A stretch of 63,713 nucleotides of DNA from Promethearchaeota archaeon (GTDB lineage: Archaea; Asgardarchaeota; Lokiarchaeia; Sigyniarchaeales; SOKP01): contig JAEOTZ010000073.1 of NCBI GenBank assembly GCA_016839585.1, positions 1 to 63,713 on the forward strand, given 5' to 3'. This document shows, in pieces, positions 42,236 to 51,174 of this stretch (position 1 is its first letter; each line of letters opens with the position of its first letter). The notes beneath the pieces are model-generated. The model had not been told where the DNA came from, made no database searches, and saw only the letters and a list, made by a program, of their open reading frames with translations. The position numbers were made by a program, and so were the translations under genes.

Positions 42236-42324
42236 AGATTAAATCCATATTAATGATTATTGTAATAGATTAAAAATCGTAGGTTTTGATGTTTATTAAA
42301 TATATTAAAAATAAATGAAAATAA

Positions 42325-43540
42325 TTACTTTTGTTTTGATAAATACCTAATTTTTACAAGCAAATCTCTTAATTCCATTTTATCATTGTCAGGAGTAATG
42401 TATTTCTTTTTAACGCCCTCTGCGAAGGGAATTTTTTCTATTTTGTTTCCTTGGAGAGAGACCATATAACCAAATTCATTATTTAAAACTAATTTCATTG
42501 CTGCTAAGCCAAATCGCAATCCAAGTATGCGATCGAAACAGCTCGGAGTTCCAGCACGCATGGTATGACCAAGTACTACGCTTCTACATTCAAAATCTAC
42601 TCCATTTTTCTGAAACTCTTGCTTTAAATCATCTCTTAGGTTTAACTCGCTAACAATTATTTGCGACATATTCAATTTTACTAGTAACGGATTACCATAT
42701 GTATCTTTAGGTAACTTATCAATCGTTTCCTTAGATATTGTTTTAAAATCTCTATTTAAAGATTCTATATTTGGATATGCTCCTTCTGATGTAGCAATTA
42801 TATGATACTTATAGCCAGCATTAACTCTCTTTTTCAAAACGTCAATTATGTCTCTCTCTAAATTAAATGGTGTTTCTGGAATTAAGATTATATCTGCTCC
42901 AGCAGATATTCCACTGTACATTGTTAAAAAACCAGCGTCTCTACCCATAACTTCTACAATAAATACTCTCTGATGTGAACGAGCAGTAGTAGTGAGATTA
43001 TCAAGTGTATTAGAGGCTAATTGCACGGCACTCCAAAATCCGAATGTATAATGAGTTCCCTGCAAGTCATTATCAATGGTTTTTGGCACTCCTACTACTT
43101 TTGCATTGGCATATTTATGCATAGTATCAGCTACACCTAGAGTATCGTCTTCAGTTTAAAATAGAAACTATTTTAAAACTCCACCGATAGCTATTAAGGC
43201 ATCTATTCCTAATTCTTCAAATTTTTTAGCCAATTCTTTAGCTTTTTCTTCTTTTGAATTCACTCCTTTGAATGGGTTAGTCCTACTTGTATATAGAATT
43301 GTTCCACCAACAGTATGTAAATCATCATGTTCAGCAATATCAAGTGGAATTGTTTTATTTTCCAAAAATCCTTTCCAGCCTTTTAGAATTCCGATACATT
43401 CTATGCCTGCATCATATGCTTTTAACATTATCCCATAAATTACACTATTTAACCCAGGGCAGTATACGACAGTCAAGGAAAGTCTTGAACATGACTCCGC
43501 CGCCCGTTAAAATTCCTACTTTTTTTATTTGATTACCCAT
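42325..43540 (-). CDS. pfkA: 6-phosphofructokinase (PfkA family, probably PPi-dependent); three exons 43540-43495, 43463-43179, 43148-42325 giving 384 aa
   Basis: Spliced product reads VGILTGGG|DCPGLN...IGG|DDTLG...PKTIDND...EVMGR...LGHTMR; total 1155 nt. Confidence 0.9.
43149..43178 (-). other. Putative BHB intron 2 of pfk (30 nt, contains an in-frame TAG)
   Basis: Outer helix TATCG/CGATA, central GTGG/CTGA (one mismatch), bulges AG|T and AG|A, perfect 10-bp inner hairpin TTTAAAATAG/CTATTTTAAA. Confidence 0.8.
43464..43494 (-). other. Putative BHB intron 1 of pfk (31 nt, frameshifting)
   Basis: Central helix GCGG/TCGT, bulges AG|T and AT|A, inner CA/TG plus TCAAG/CTTGA, outer GGGCG/C(T)GCCC. 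Confidence 0.8.
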
Positions 43541-43620
43541 TTCATTTCACACGTTTAGTTGTGTTAGATTATAACAAATTAATTTATAATAAAAAATTAT
43601 GATAATTATATATTTTATAT

Positions 43621-44190
43621 TTATTCTAATTCTATTTTCTCAATTTTCTTAAAAGTATATTTTGATTTATTTTTTGGAATTATATAACTCCCTCCTTGGG
43701 TATCAGTTATTTTTAAAGTAAACTTAAATTTCCCATCTATAGCTTTTTTTAAATTATCTAAGATTTCATCTATTTCGCTTTTTTCTGGATCATTATCATC
43801 AAGATTATTTCTATATATTAAGACAGCACTCTCAAATCTATATAATATACCTTCTACATTTGTATAATAGAAATCTGCTCTTGGACCAGGTTCTACGACT
43901 AAGTCTAATTCAGGAATTTCTAATTTTCCTGCTGGCGAACGATAGATTTTAGATTTGAGATCATCTTCATTCATTACTCGTAAAGTCATAATTCCTGGTT
44001 TTGTATTAGTAGTTAAAGGAATAACATCACTTTTATGAAAATCACATATATTACATACAAATTTTAATATGAGCATTTTGTCCCCATCGGGAACATCATA
44101 AATACTCTTAATTATATCGATTTTGCCTTCTTGACATGAAGGACATTTAAAGGAATATACAATCTTATTACTTCTTTTCTCTTTGGCCAT
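43621..44190 (-). CDS. ZPR1 zinc finger protein
   Basis: CPSC, CNIC, IPEL..EPGP, TNVEGIL, D..GGSYI. Confidence 0.9.
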   Translation of the reverse strand: MAKEKRSNKIVYSFKCPSCQEGKIDIIKSIYDVPDGDKMLILKFVCNICDFHKSDVIPLTTNTKPGIMTLRVMNEDDLKSKIYRSPAGKLEIPELDLVVEPGPRADFYYTNVEGILYRFESAVLIYRNNLDDNDPEKSEIDEILDNLKKAIDGKFKFTLKITDTQGGSYIIPKNKSKYTFKKIEKIELE

Positions 44191-44423
44191 ATAAATATTT
44201 CCTAGTTTAAATTTTTTTAAAGTTGGATCAGTTTTATACATTAATTCATAAGATCGATTTACGATGGCACCGTTTTTAAAATAAATTAATAATTATAACA
44301 ATTATTATTTTAAATTCTATATTATTGTTTCATATTGTAGTTATATAAGTTAAATCAATAGAACTTTTATTCATTGTGTCTTTATTGGATATATTACACT
44401 CAATTGAAATAAATTAAAGTCAG

Positions 44424-45011
44424 TTGAATAAATTGTCAAATAATGAAAAGATTATACAAATATCAATGCATTGTAGAGGTGGTCAAACTTGTATCACCGC
44501 CAGCCAATTGTTAGCGGAAATGGCATTTGAGGAAGGTTTCAAGGACACAATCGCAATTCCAATAATAGGAGCTGAGCGAAGAGGGGCTCCAATACAAGCA
44601 TTTACAAAAGTTTCTAAGAGTAAACCAATTAAAACCTATGACAGTGTAGTAAATCCAGATTATATATTTATGTTTGATACATCATTATTAGATATACCAA
44701 AGATAAAAGCTACTATAAAGGAAGGTGTAAATCTAATAATCAATAGTCCAGATCCTATAGATACAACCGGACTCCCTAATAATATAAAGATCTTTATCGT
44801 AGATGCTACAGGTATTTGCATTAAACGAGAATTCATGCATTCAAGCGGACCAATTCTGAATATTCCTATGTTAGGGGCTTTTGGAAAGATTACGGGGTAT
44901 TATAATCTTGAAACAATGGAAAAAGTAATTAAAAAGGAATTTGGAGAAAGTAGATTAGATAAAAATATGAGTGTTGCAAAAGACGCTTACGAATCAGTAA
45001 GGGAAATGTAA
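44424..45011 (+). CDS. porC: 2-oxoacid:ferredoxin oxidoreductase gamma subunit
   Basis: RGGQ, GAERRGAP, VDAT, N..MLGA. Confidence 0.88.
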   Translation: MNKLSNNEKIIQISMHCRGGQTCITASQLLAEMAFEEGFKDTIAIPIIGAERRGAPIQAFTKVSKSKPIKTYDSVVNPDYIFMFDTSLLDIPKIKATIKEGVNLIINSPDPIDTTGLPNNIKIFIVDATGICIKREFMHSSGPILNIPMLGAFGKITGYYNLETMEKVIKKEFGESRLDKNMSVAKDAYESVREM

Positions 45012-45013
45012 AT

Positions 45014-45361
45014 ATGTCTGAATCTGAAAAATGGAAGAAAATTAATAAATCAGTAAAAGAACGTCCTAAAGTTCAAGAATACAAAAATTGGAAAGAATTA
45101 TCCCCAATTCCCATTTCATTACCAATTGATGGAAATATTGGTACAACTGGTGATTGGAGAACATTTAGACCAGTTATTAAAGAAGGTTGTAATAAATGTG
45201 GAATATGCTGGATGTATTGTCCTGAGGGTGTAATTAAAAGGAAAGAAGATGGTACATTTGAAATTGATTTACGTTACTGTAAAGGTTGTGGTATATGCGC
45301 TAAAGAATGCCCAACAAATAATATAGAAATGATTAGAGAGAGTGATATAAAAGATGACTGA
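45014..45361 (+). CDS. porD: 2-oxoacid:ferredoxin oxidoreductase delta subunit (2x[4Fe-4S])
   Basis: TGDWRTFRP, two CxxCxxCxxxCP motifs. Confidence 0.9.
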   Translation: MSESEKWKKINKSVKERPKVQEYKNWKELSPIPISLPIDGNIGTTGDWRTFRPVIKEGCNKCGICWMYCPEGVIKRKEDGTFEIDLRYCKGCGICAKECPTNNIEMIRESDIKDD

Positions 45362-46610
45362 ATCTCAGAAAGATTTTGTCCAAAAGAGAGAATCTATCAT
45401 TATAAAAGGAAACGTAGCAGCAGCTTATGCTGCAAAATCAGCACGAGTTCAAGTTATTAGTGCTTATCCAATTACTCCACAAACTACTGTGGTTGAAAAA
45501 ATATCTGAATTTGTGGATAATGGGCTAATGCCAGGAACAGAATATATAAAAATGGAGTCAGAACATAGTGTTTTTGCTGCTGTAATTGGTGCAAGTAAAG
45601 CAGGAACTAGAACATTTACAGCAACATCTGGTCAAGGTATATTTTATGCGAATGAAATGATTCATTGGGCTGCAGGTGCTAGACTTCCCATAGTTGTTGC
45701 GATAGCATCTCGAGGACCTGCCCCACCATGGAACATTTGGGCTGATTTTACTGATGTAATAAGTCAACGGGATACAGGATGGATGAGTTGCTTTTGCTCA
45801 GAGCATCAAGAAATATATGATGAAATTTTAATGTCATATAAGGTGTGTGAAGATCATGAGATTCTTCTACCTAAGTTTGTATCTTATGGGGGATTTATTC
45901 TTTCACATACTTCAAAACCAGTCATTCTCGAAGATCAAGATCTTGTAGATAAATTTTTACCTCCATTACCAAGTGAGGAAGGTTGGCCTCATATCTGGAT
46001 AGATCCAAAAAGACCAATGATGTTTGGGAATCTTATCATGCCTTCTAGTTTTTATTATGAATTTAGATTGAAAATTCATGATGCAAATATACGAGCGAAA
46101 GAGAAAATTAAAAAGGTTGCTAAGGAATTTGAGCAAACTTTTGGTAGAAATTATGGTAATGGATTAATTCAAGAATATAAAATGGATAATGCTATTGTGG
46201 GTGTGATTATTTATGGAGATTTGGCTTTACAAATGGAACAAGCTGTTGATGATTTAAGAGATAAAGGGTATAAAGTGGGGATGGTAAAGCTTCGCCATTT
46301 TAGACCTTTTCCAACAGAAGATATAATTGAAGTTGCTAAAAAGGTGAAAGTTCTGGGGGTTATAGATAGAGCAACAGCTTTTGGTTCTCAAACTGGAGGT
46401 CCTGTGAGTTGTGAAGTTAAGGGTGCACTTCATGAAACTAAAGGAACCGCAACAGTATTACCAGTTATTAATGGCTTGGGAGGAAGAGAAGTTACACTTG
46501 AGCAACAAAAAAATCAATTAATAAAATTAGTTAAATATTATGAGACCGGAGAATTTCCTAAAGATGTTATTCATGGAACTCTCTGGGATGGTTTATTGGA
46601 GGTTGAATAA
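45354..46610 (+). CDS. porA: 2-oxoacid:ferredoxin oxidoreductase alpha subunit
   Basis: YPITPQT, ESEH, FRPFP, GLGGR. Confidence 0.92.
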   Translation: MTESQKDFVQKRESIIIKGNVAAAYAAKSARVQVISAYPITPQTTVVEKISEFVDNGLMPGTEYIKMESEHSVFAAVIGASKAGTRTFTATSGQGIFYANEMIHWAAGARLPIVVAIASRGPAPPWNIWADFTDVISQRDTGWMSCFCSEHQEIYDEILMSYKVCEDHEILLPKFVSYGGFILSHTSKPVILEDQDLVDKFLPPLPSEEGWPHIWIDPKRPMMFGNLIMPSSFYYEFRLKIHDANIRAKEKIKKVAKEFEQTFGRNYGNGLIQEYKMDNAIVGVIIYGDLALQMEQAVDDLRDKGYKVGMVKLRHFRPFPTEDIIEVAKKVKVLGVIDRATAFGSQTGGPVSCEVKGALHETKGTATVLPVINGLGGREVTLEQQKNQLIKLVKYYETGEFPKDVIHGTLWDGLLEVE

Positions 46611-46614
46611 ATAT

Positions 46615-47556
46615 ATGGTAAAATTAAGAGAAGCTTTAAAATCTTGCCAGGAAGAATATTTCCTTCCAGGAAATTCTTGTTGTGCGGGATGTGGGTTAGA
46701 AATCGCCCTTCGATGGGCAATGAAAGCGTTAGGACCTAATACAGCTCTTGTGACCCCTGCTTCATGTTTGAATGTTGTAGTAGGATTGTGGCCTAAAACA
46801 GCACCTAATTTTCCATTTACAAACATGGCTTTTGCGGCGGGTGCAGCTGCAGCGACAGGTATGTCTGCTGCTTTCAAAGCGAAAGCATATAGGTTTCCAG
46901 GAAGCGGATGGGATGAGATGACATCACTTACATTTGCTGGGGATGGTGGTACTGCAGATATTGGGATTCAGGGTTTAAGCGGAGCAGCAGAACGAAATTC
47001 TGACCAAATCTATGTATGTTACGACAATGAAGCATATATGAATACAGGTATCCAAAGATCTTCAAGTACTCCTCATGGTGCATGGACAACCACAACCACA
47101 AAGGGAAAGGATCGCTTCAAGAAGAATCTTCCCGCAATTATGGCGGCTCATGATATGCCTTATGTAGCTACTTGTTCTATTAGTGAACCACTTGATTTAT
47201 ATGATAAATTTAAAAAAGCTAAATCGATTAAGGGCTGTAGATATATCCATATTATGGCACCTTGTTGTACTGGATGGGGATTTAATTCTGAAGATACAAT
47301 AGAAATAGCTCGATTAGCTGTAAAAACAGGTTCATGGATTTTATATGAAGTAGAAAATGGAATCATGACTTTATCAAAAGCGAGTAGACTACTCTTGGAT
47401 CCTTCTAAGAGAACTCCACTGATGGATTATCTTTCTAAACAAAAAAGATTCGCAAATATTTCAGAAAAGGATCTAATTGAACTCCAAGAATATTTGGATC
47501 ATACTTGGAAACGACTTGAAGCTGACTTAAGTTGCCAAGACCAATATCCAAAATAA
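46615..47556 (+). CDS. porB: 2-oxoacid:ferredoxin oxidoreductase beta subunit
   Basis: CAGCG, GDGGT...DNEAYMNTGIQ TPP motif; ATG 46615 follows the porA stop. Confidence 0.92.
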   Translation: MVKLREALKSCQEEYFLPGNSCCAGCGLEIALRWAMKALGPNTALVTPASCLNVVVGLWPKTAPNFPFTNMAFAAGAAAATGMSAAFKAKAYRFPGSGWDEMTSLTFAGDGGTADIGIQGLSGAAERNSDQIYVCYDNEAYMNTGIQRSSSTPHGAWTTTTTKGKDRFKKNLPAIMAAHDMPYVATCSISEPLDLYDKFKKAKSIKGCRYIHIMAPCCTGWGFNSEDTIEIARLAVKTGSWILYEVENGIMTLSKASRLLLDPSKRTPLMDYLSKQKRFANISEKDLIELQEYLDHTWKRLEADLSCQDQYPK

Positions 47557-47616
47557 TCTTTAAATTTTTAGTTATCTCATCTTATATTATTAATTTTAAT
47601 TTTTGATTGAGCTCAA

Positions 47617-48282
47617 ATGGGATTTTTAATAAGGCTGGCTGGGAAAGATTTAAAAGATACTGAGTTTTATTTACAAATTGCGGCAGAGAATATAATCGAA
47701 GGAAAAATAATTGCTTTTCCTACTAATTCTGTTTATGGTATAGGCGGTGATCCACAAAATCTTGATGTTGTTGAGCGAATATTTGAGATAAAATTTCGAG
47801 ATCGATCTAAAGGATTATTATTACTCGTTTCTGACTTTGAGGAAGCTTCTAAAATAGTTGAATTTAATGAAGTTGCTAAAAAATTAGCGGATAAATATTG
47901 GCCAGGACAATTAACTCTAATTTTAAAAAGAAAGGAACCAAATATCATCCCCTTAGAAGTATCAGCTCATCAAGATACATTAGGTTTAAGAGTTCCTGAG
48001 AATAAAATCATTTTAAAGATTCTAAGGATATTAAAGGAGAAAGAGTATTTAGGGGGGCTAATAGGGACTTCTGCTAATTACTCAGGTGAACCTCCTTCTA
48101 TTAGTGGAGATGAAGTAGTAAAAAAATTATTAAGCCCAATAGATTTAATAATAGATGGAGGGAAATCAAAATCAAAAACCCCTACAACAATTATCGACTG
48201 TACCACTCAAGAGTTAAAATTTTTGCGAATTGGAAAGATTTCTAAAGAAGAAATAAATGATTATTTGTCTAGTTTTCAATAA
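47617..48282 (+). CDS. Threonylcarbamoyl-AMP synthase (single-domain YrdC/TsaC type)
   Basis: FPT..VYG, K.R, WPG.LT, TSAN.SG. Confidence 0.92.
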   Translation: MGFLIRLAGKDLKDTEFYLQIAAENIIEGKIIAFPTNSVYGIGGDPQNLDVVERIFEIKFRDRSKGLLLLVSDFEEASKIVEFNEVAKKLADKYWPGQLTLILKRKEPNIIPLEVSAHQDTLGLRVPENKIILKILRILKEKEYLGGLIGTSANYSGEPPSISGDEVVKKLLSPIDLIIDGGKSKSKTPTTIIDCTTQELKFLRIGKISKEEINDYLSSFQ

Positions 48283-48293
48283 AAAATAATAGT

Positions 48294-48806
48294 GTGATAA
48301 AATTGAAAAATTTTAATTTGCTAGTCTCAACATCTAGGTTCAATGAAATTAATGCAAAGGCAGAACTTTGGTTTACACTATTAATATGCGGTGATGATTA
48401 TCCGATTATCTCAAGATTAAATTTTCCGGGATTGGTATCAGGTTTAACCAATTTGAGTACTAAAGAGGTAGTTTTAAAAATTAAGAAAATTTTAGAAAAA
48501 GATCCATATTTTTTTCAATATATTTTAAAAATAATTCCAATAGATTTTGTTTGTGAGACAAACTCTCAAGTTATAAATCAATTAGTAGAATTGCATTATA
48601 GAGATTATTTTAATGATACAGATTCTTATAAAATAACATTAAAACGTAGGAAACATGAGCAAATTGAAAGAGTCAATTTTATACAAAAACTTGCTAAAAA
48701 CATTCCTAATAAAGTAGATCTTGAAAACCCTGATAAAATTATTAGAATAGAGATTCTGGGTAGTATTTGTGGAATATCATTTCTATCAAAAGAGGATACT
48801 ATTTAA
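48294..48806 (+). CDS. THUMP-domain protein (Tan1-like)
   Basis: KIIPID, KVDLENPD.IIRIE. Confidence 0.85.
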   Translation: MIKLKNFNLLVSTSRFNEINAKAELWFTLLICGDDYPIISRLNFPGLVSGLTNLSTKEVVLKIKKILEKDPYFFQYILKIIPIDFVCETNSQVINQLVELHYRDYFNDTDSYKITLKRRKHEQIERVNFIQKLAKNIPNKVDLENPDKIIRIEILGSICGISFLSKEDTI

Positions 48807-48829
48807 ATTAAAATTTATATAAAGTGAAA

Positions 48830-49543
48830 TTAATCAACTTTTAGCTTCTCTGTATTTAAAAGAGCCATTTTTTCACATAATAAATCATGAAGAGCCATAT
48901 ACATGGCGTTTAAATTATAATCTAATTGCTTTTCGTTAAAATTATGAACTCCATAGGATTTTAAAATAGAGGAGAGTTGCTTATTGGAGATCTCATAAAA
49001 GTTTTGAATCATGTTGAATTTTTCAACTGATTGGTCGTTTATTGTTATATTTATTTCATAAGCGTTTAAATTTAGTAATATATTATTGTTAATTTCTTTT
49101 AAATTATTTACTGAAGAAATAATACACGATATTAAGTTATTCTTTTTTAAATCAATATCAGTAATCCCAAAAGCATCAATTCCTTTACTAATTTGCCGAT
49201 TAGTTGATAAATATAGGAATATTTCAATATTTCTTTTATTTGAAATATTTAAATTTTGAAGAAATGCCTTTTGTAGATAATATCCTGCTGTAAAGATATG
49301 ATCTTGGTTTAAAATATATTTACTCTTGATAAGTTGTATAGTTGAGTTTAAAAATTTATTTTGAATAGCTTCAATTTTATCAAAAATAAGATCTTCGGCT
49401 TTTTTCTCATCCGTAATTTTATTTATCTCAAGAAATTTCTTTAGATCGATCCTAATTTGATTTATCCCAATAAAATAGTGTAAATTTAAATCTTTAATTT
49501 TAAATTCCTTTACAATCATACTATCAATTCCCAACTCAGCCAA
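48830..49543 (-). CDS. cgi121: KEOPS subunit Cgi121
   Basis: NIS...EIFLYLS..RQISKGI..FG, EKMALL. Confidence 0.8.
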   Translation of the reverse strand: MAELGIDSMIVKEFKIKDLNLHYFIGINQIRIDLKKFLEINKITDEKKAEDLIFDKIEAIQNKFLNSTIQLIKSKYILNQDHIFTAGYYLQKAFLQNLNISNKRNIEIFLYLSTNRQISKGIDAFGITDIDLKKNNLISCIISSVNNLKEINNNILLNLNAYEINITINDQSVEKFNMIQNFYEISNKQLSSILKSYGVHNFNEKQLDYNLNAMYMALHDLLCEKMALLNTEKLKVD

Positions 49544-50283
49544 TCTGGCATGATTGCGAAATTAATTCGAACTATAATTGAAATTATTAAAAATGATAAT
49601 AAATATAATGTAAAAATCCAATCTTTAAATGAATATTTTATTGTATAATAATATGTACGTTCTTTTTTGCTTCCAAATGCTCTAGATTCAAGAGCTTCTG
49701 CTACATTGAAAGCTCTTTTTATAGAACAAATTATTAAGGGAATTAATAGGGGAAAAAGGTTTTTAATTTGATTGATAAGCCCACTTCTTAGCATTTCATA
49801 TCCTCGACTTTGTTGAGCATCTATAATATTTTGTGCTTCAGTTGCAATTGTAGGGATAAATCTGAAAGCTAATGATAAAGAAAAGGCAAATTCATAAGGA
49901 AATTTCATTGATATTAAAGATAATGCTAAATCATTCGGATCAGAAGTCAAGAAAAAGATTGAAAAAGCCGATACCATTATGCAAATTCTAATAATCATTG
50001 AAATTGCAAATGACAATGACAGAAAAAAAGTATTTAAAATTATTATCATAAGAATTAAATATGATAAGCCTTGGATGCTTTTGAGCCATTGTATTATTAA
50101 TTTTCCTGCCAAAATAAGAGGTATTAAACTCAAGAAAATTAAGATTAAAGGAATGATTTCAGTAAAAAGTAAAGCACTAATAGAGTATATTAATGCAAAT
50201 ATTAATTTTGCTCGCGGATCCAAGTTATGGATGAATGAATCTTTTTTCATGAACTTAAAAGCATTGAGAAATTCTAAAGACAT
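49516..50283 (-). CDS. ecfT: ECF transporter T component
   Basis: LDPRAK, RFIP, AQQSRG, ALESRAF. Confidence 0.92.
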   Translation of the reverse strand: MSLEFLNAFKFMKKDSFIHNLDPRAKLIFALIYSISALLFTEIIPLILIFLSLIPLILAGKLIIQWLKSIQGLSYLILMIIILNTFFLSLSFAISMIIRICIMVSAFSIFFLTSDPNDLALSLISMKFPYEFAFSLSLAFRFIPTIATEAQNIIDAQQSRGYEMLRSGLINQIKNLFPLLIPLIICSIKRAFNVAEALESRAFGSKKERTYYYTIKYSFKDWIFTLYLLSFLIISIIVRINFAIMPDWLSWELIV

Positions 50284-51165
50284 TTAATCATTACCCTCCA
50301 CGATCTCACTGGTTTTATTTTTTATAAAATCTTTAATGAAATTGATCAATTTACCCTTTGAAAATAAGTTATTTGGACATTCAATTCCTGATTTTTGTAA
50401 AGCTAAATTAATTTGATGAGTTTGGGGTAATATTAAAGATGATTTTTCAACTAATATTTGATTGCCTAATACTTTTTCTGTAGGCCCATCAGCCAAAATT
50501 AGTCCATCTGCCATTAAAATCGTTCTTGGTATATATTCATTGGCAAATTCAATGTTATGAGTGACTATTATTATTGTTTTTCCTTTCTTCCTTTCATTTT
50601 TAATTAAGTTAATTAAAAATTCAATTTCTCTTCCATCTTGTCCCAATGTAGGTTCATCAAATACTATAATATCAGGATCTCTGCAGATTATGGAAGCCAG
50701 AGCTAATTTTTTTGCTTCTCCACCAGATAAATTAAGTGGAGATCTATTTCTATACTTTTCAAGGTTAAATTCTTTTAATATTTCATTTGTTTTGTTTTGA
50801 ATTTCTCCTTTAGTGAACTCAAAACTTTTTAATGAAAATTCAATCTCATCCTTTACAGAGTTTGAAAATAATTGATGCATTGGATTTTGAAAAATAACAC
50901 CTACTTTTTTTGATAAAGTTGCTATACTTTTAGAAGCAATATTTTCACCATAAAGGTATATTGTTCCATTTTTTGGACGGATTAACCCATTTAAAGTCCT
51001 GATTAGAGTTGTTTTTCCAGCTCCATTCTTACCCATAATTCCTATTAATTCTTTATTATCGATTTTCAAATTAATATTTCTTAATGCTTTGGTCCCGCTA
51101 GGATAAGTAAAATCTACATTGTCTATGAGAATTAAGGGTAATTGTTTCTCTATATCTTTCACCAA
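50284..51165 (-). CDS. ecfA2: ECF transporter ATPase
   Basis: GKNGAGKT, FQNP, LSGGE, DEPT. Confidence 0.88.
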   Translation of the reverse strand: MVKDIEKQLPLILIDNVDFTYPSGTKALRNINLKIDNKELIGIMGKNGAGKTTLIRTLNGLIRPKNGTIYLYGENIASKSIATLSKKVGVIFQNPMHQLFSNSVKDEIEFSLKSFEFTKGEIQNKTNEILKEFNLEKYRNRSPLNLSGGEAKKLALASIICRDPDIIVFDEPTLGQDGREIEFLINLIKNERKKGKTIIIVTHNIEFANEYIPRTILMADGLILADGPTEKVLGNQILVEKSSLILPQTHQINLALQKSGIECPNNLFSKGKLINFIKDFIKNKTSEIVEGND

Positions 51166-51174
51166 CCTGTTTAA

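Noticed and set aside
43149-43179. GT and AG dinucleotides near the pfk intron 2 ends as spliceosomal-like signals
   Set aside because: GT start and AG end do not co-occur in one 30-nt register, and intron 1 does not follow the pattern; BHB explains both.
42325-43476. pfk as a pseudogene or as two separate ORFs
   Set aside because: The only lesions are two structured inserts at identical motif sites, and their removal restores the frame and catalytic residues exactly.
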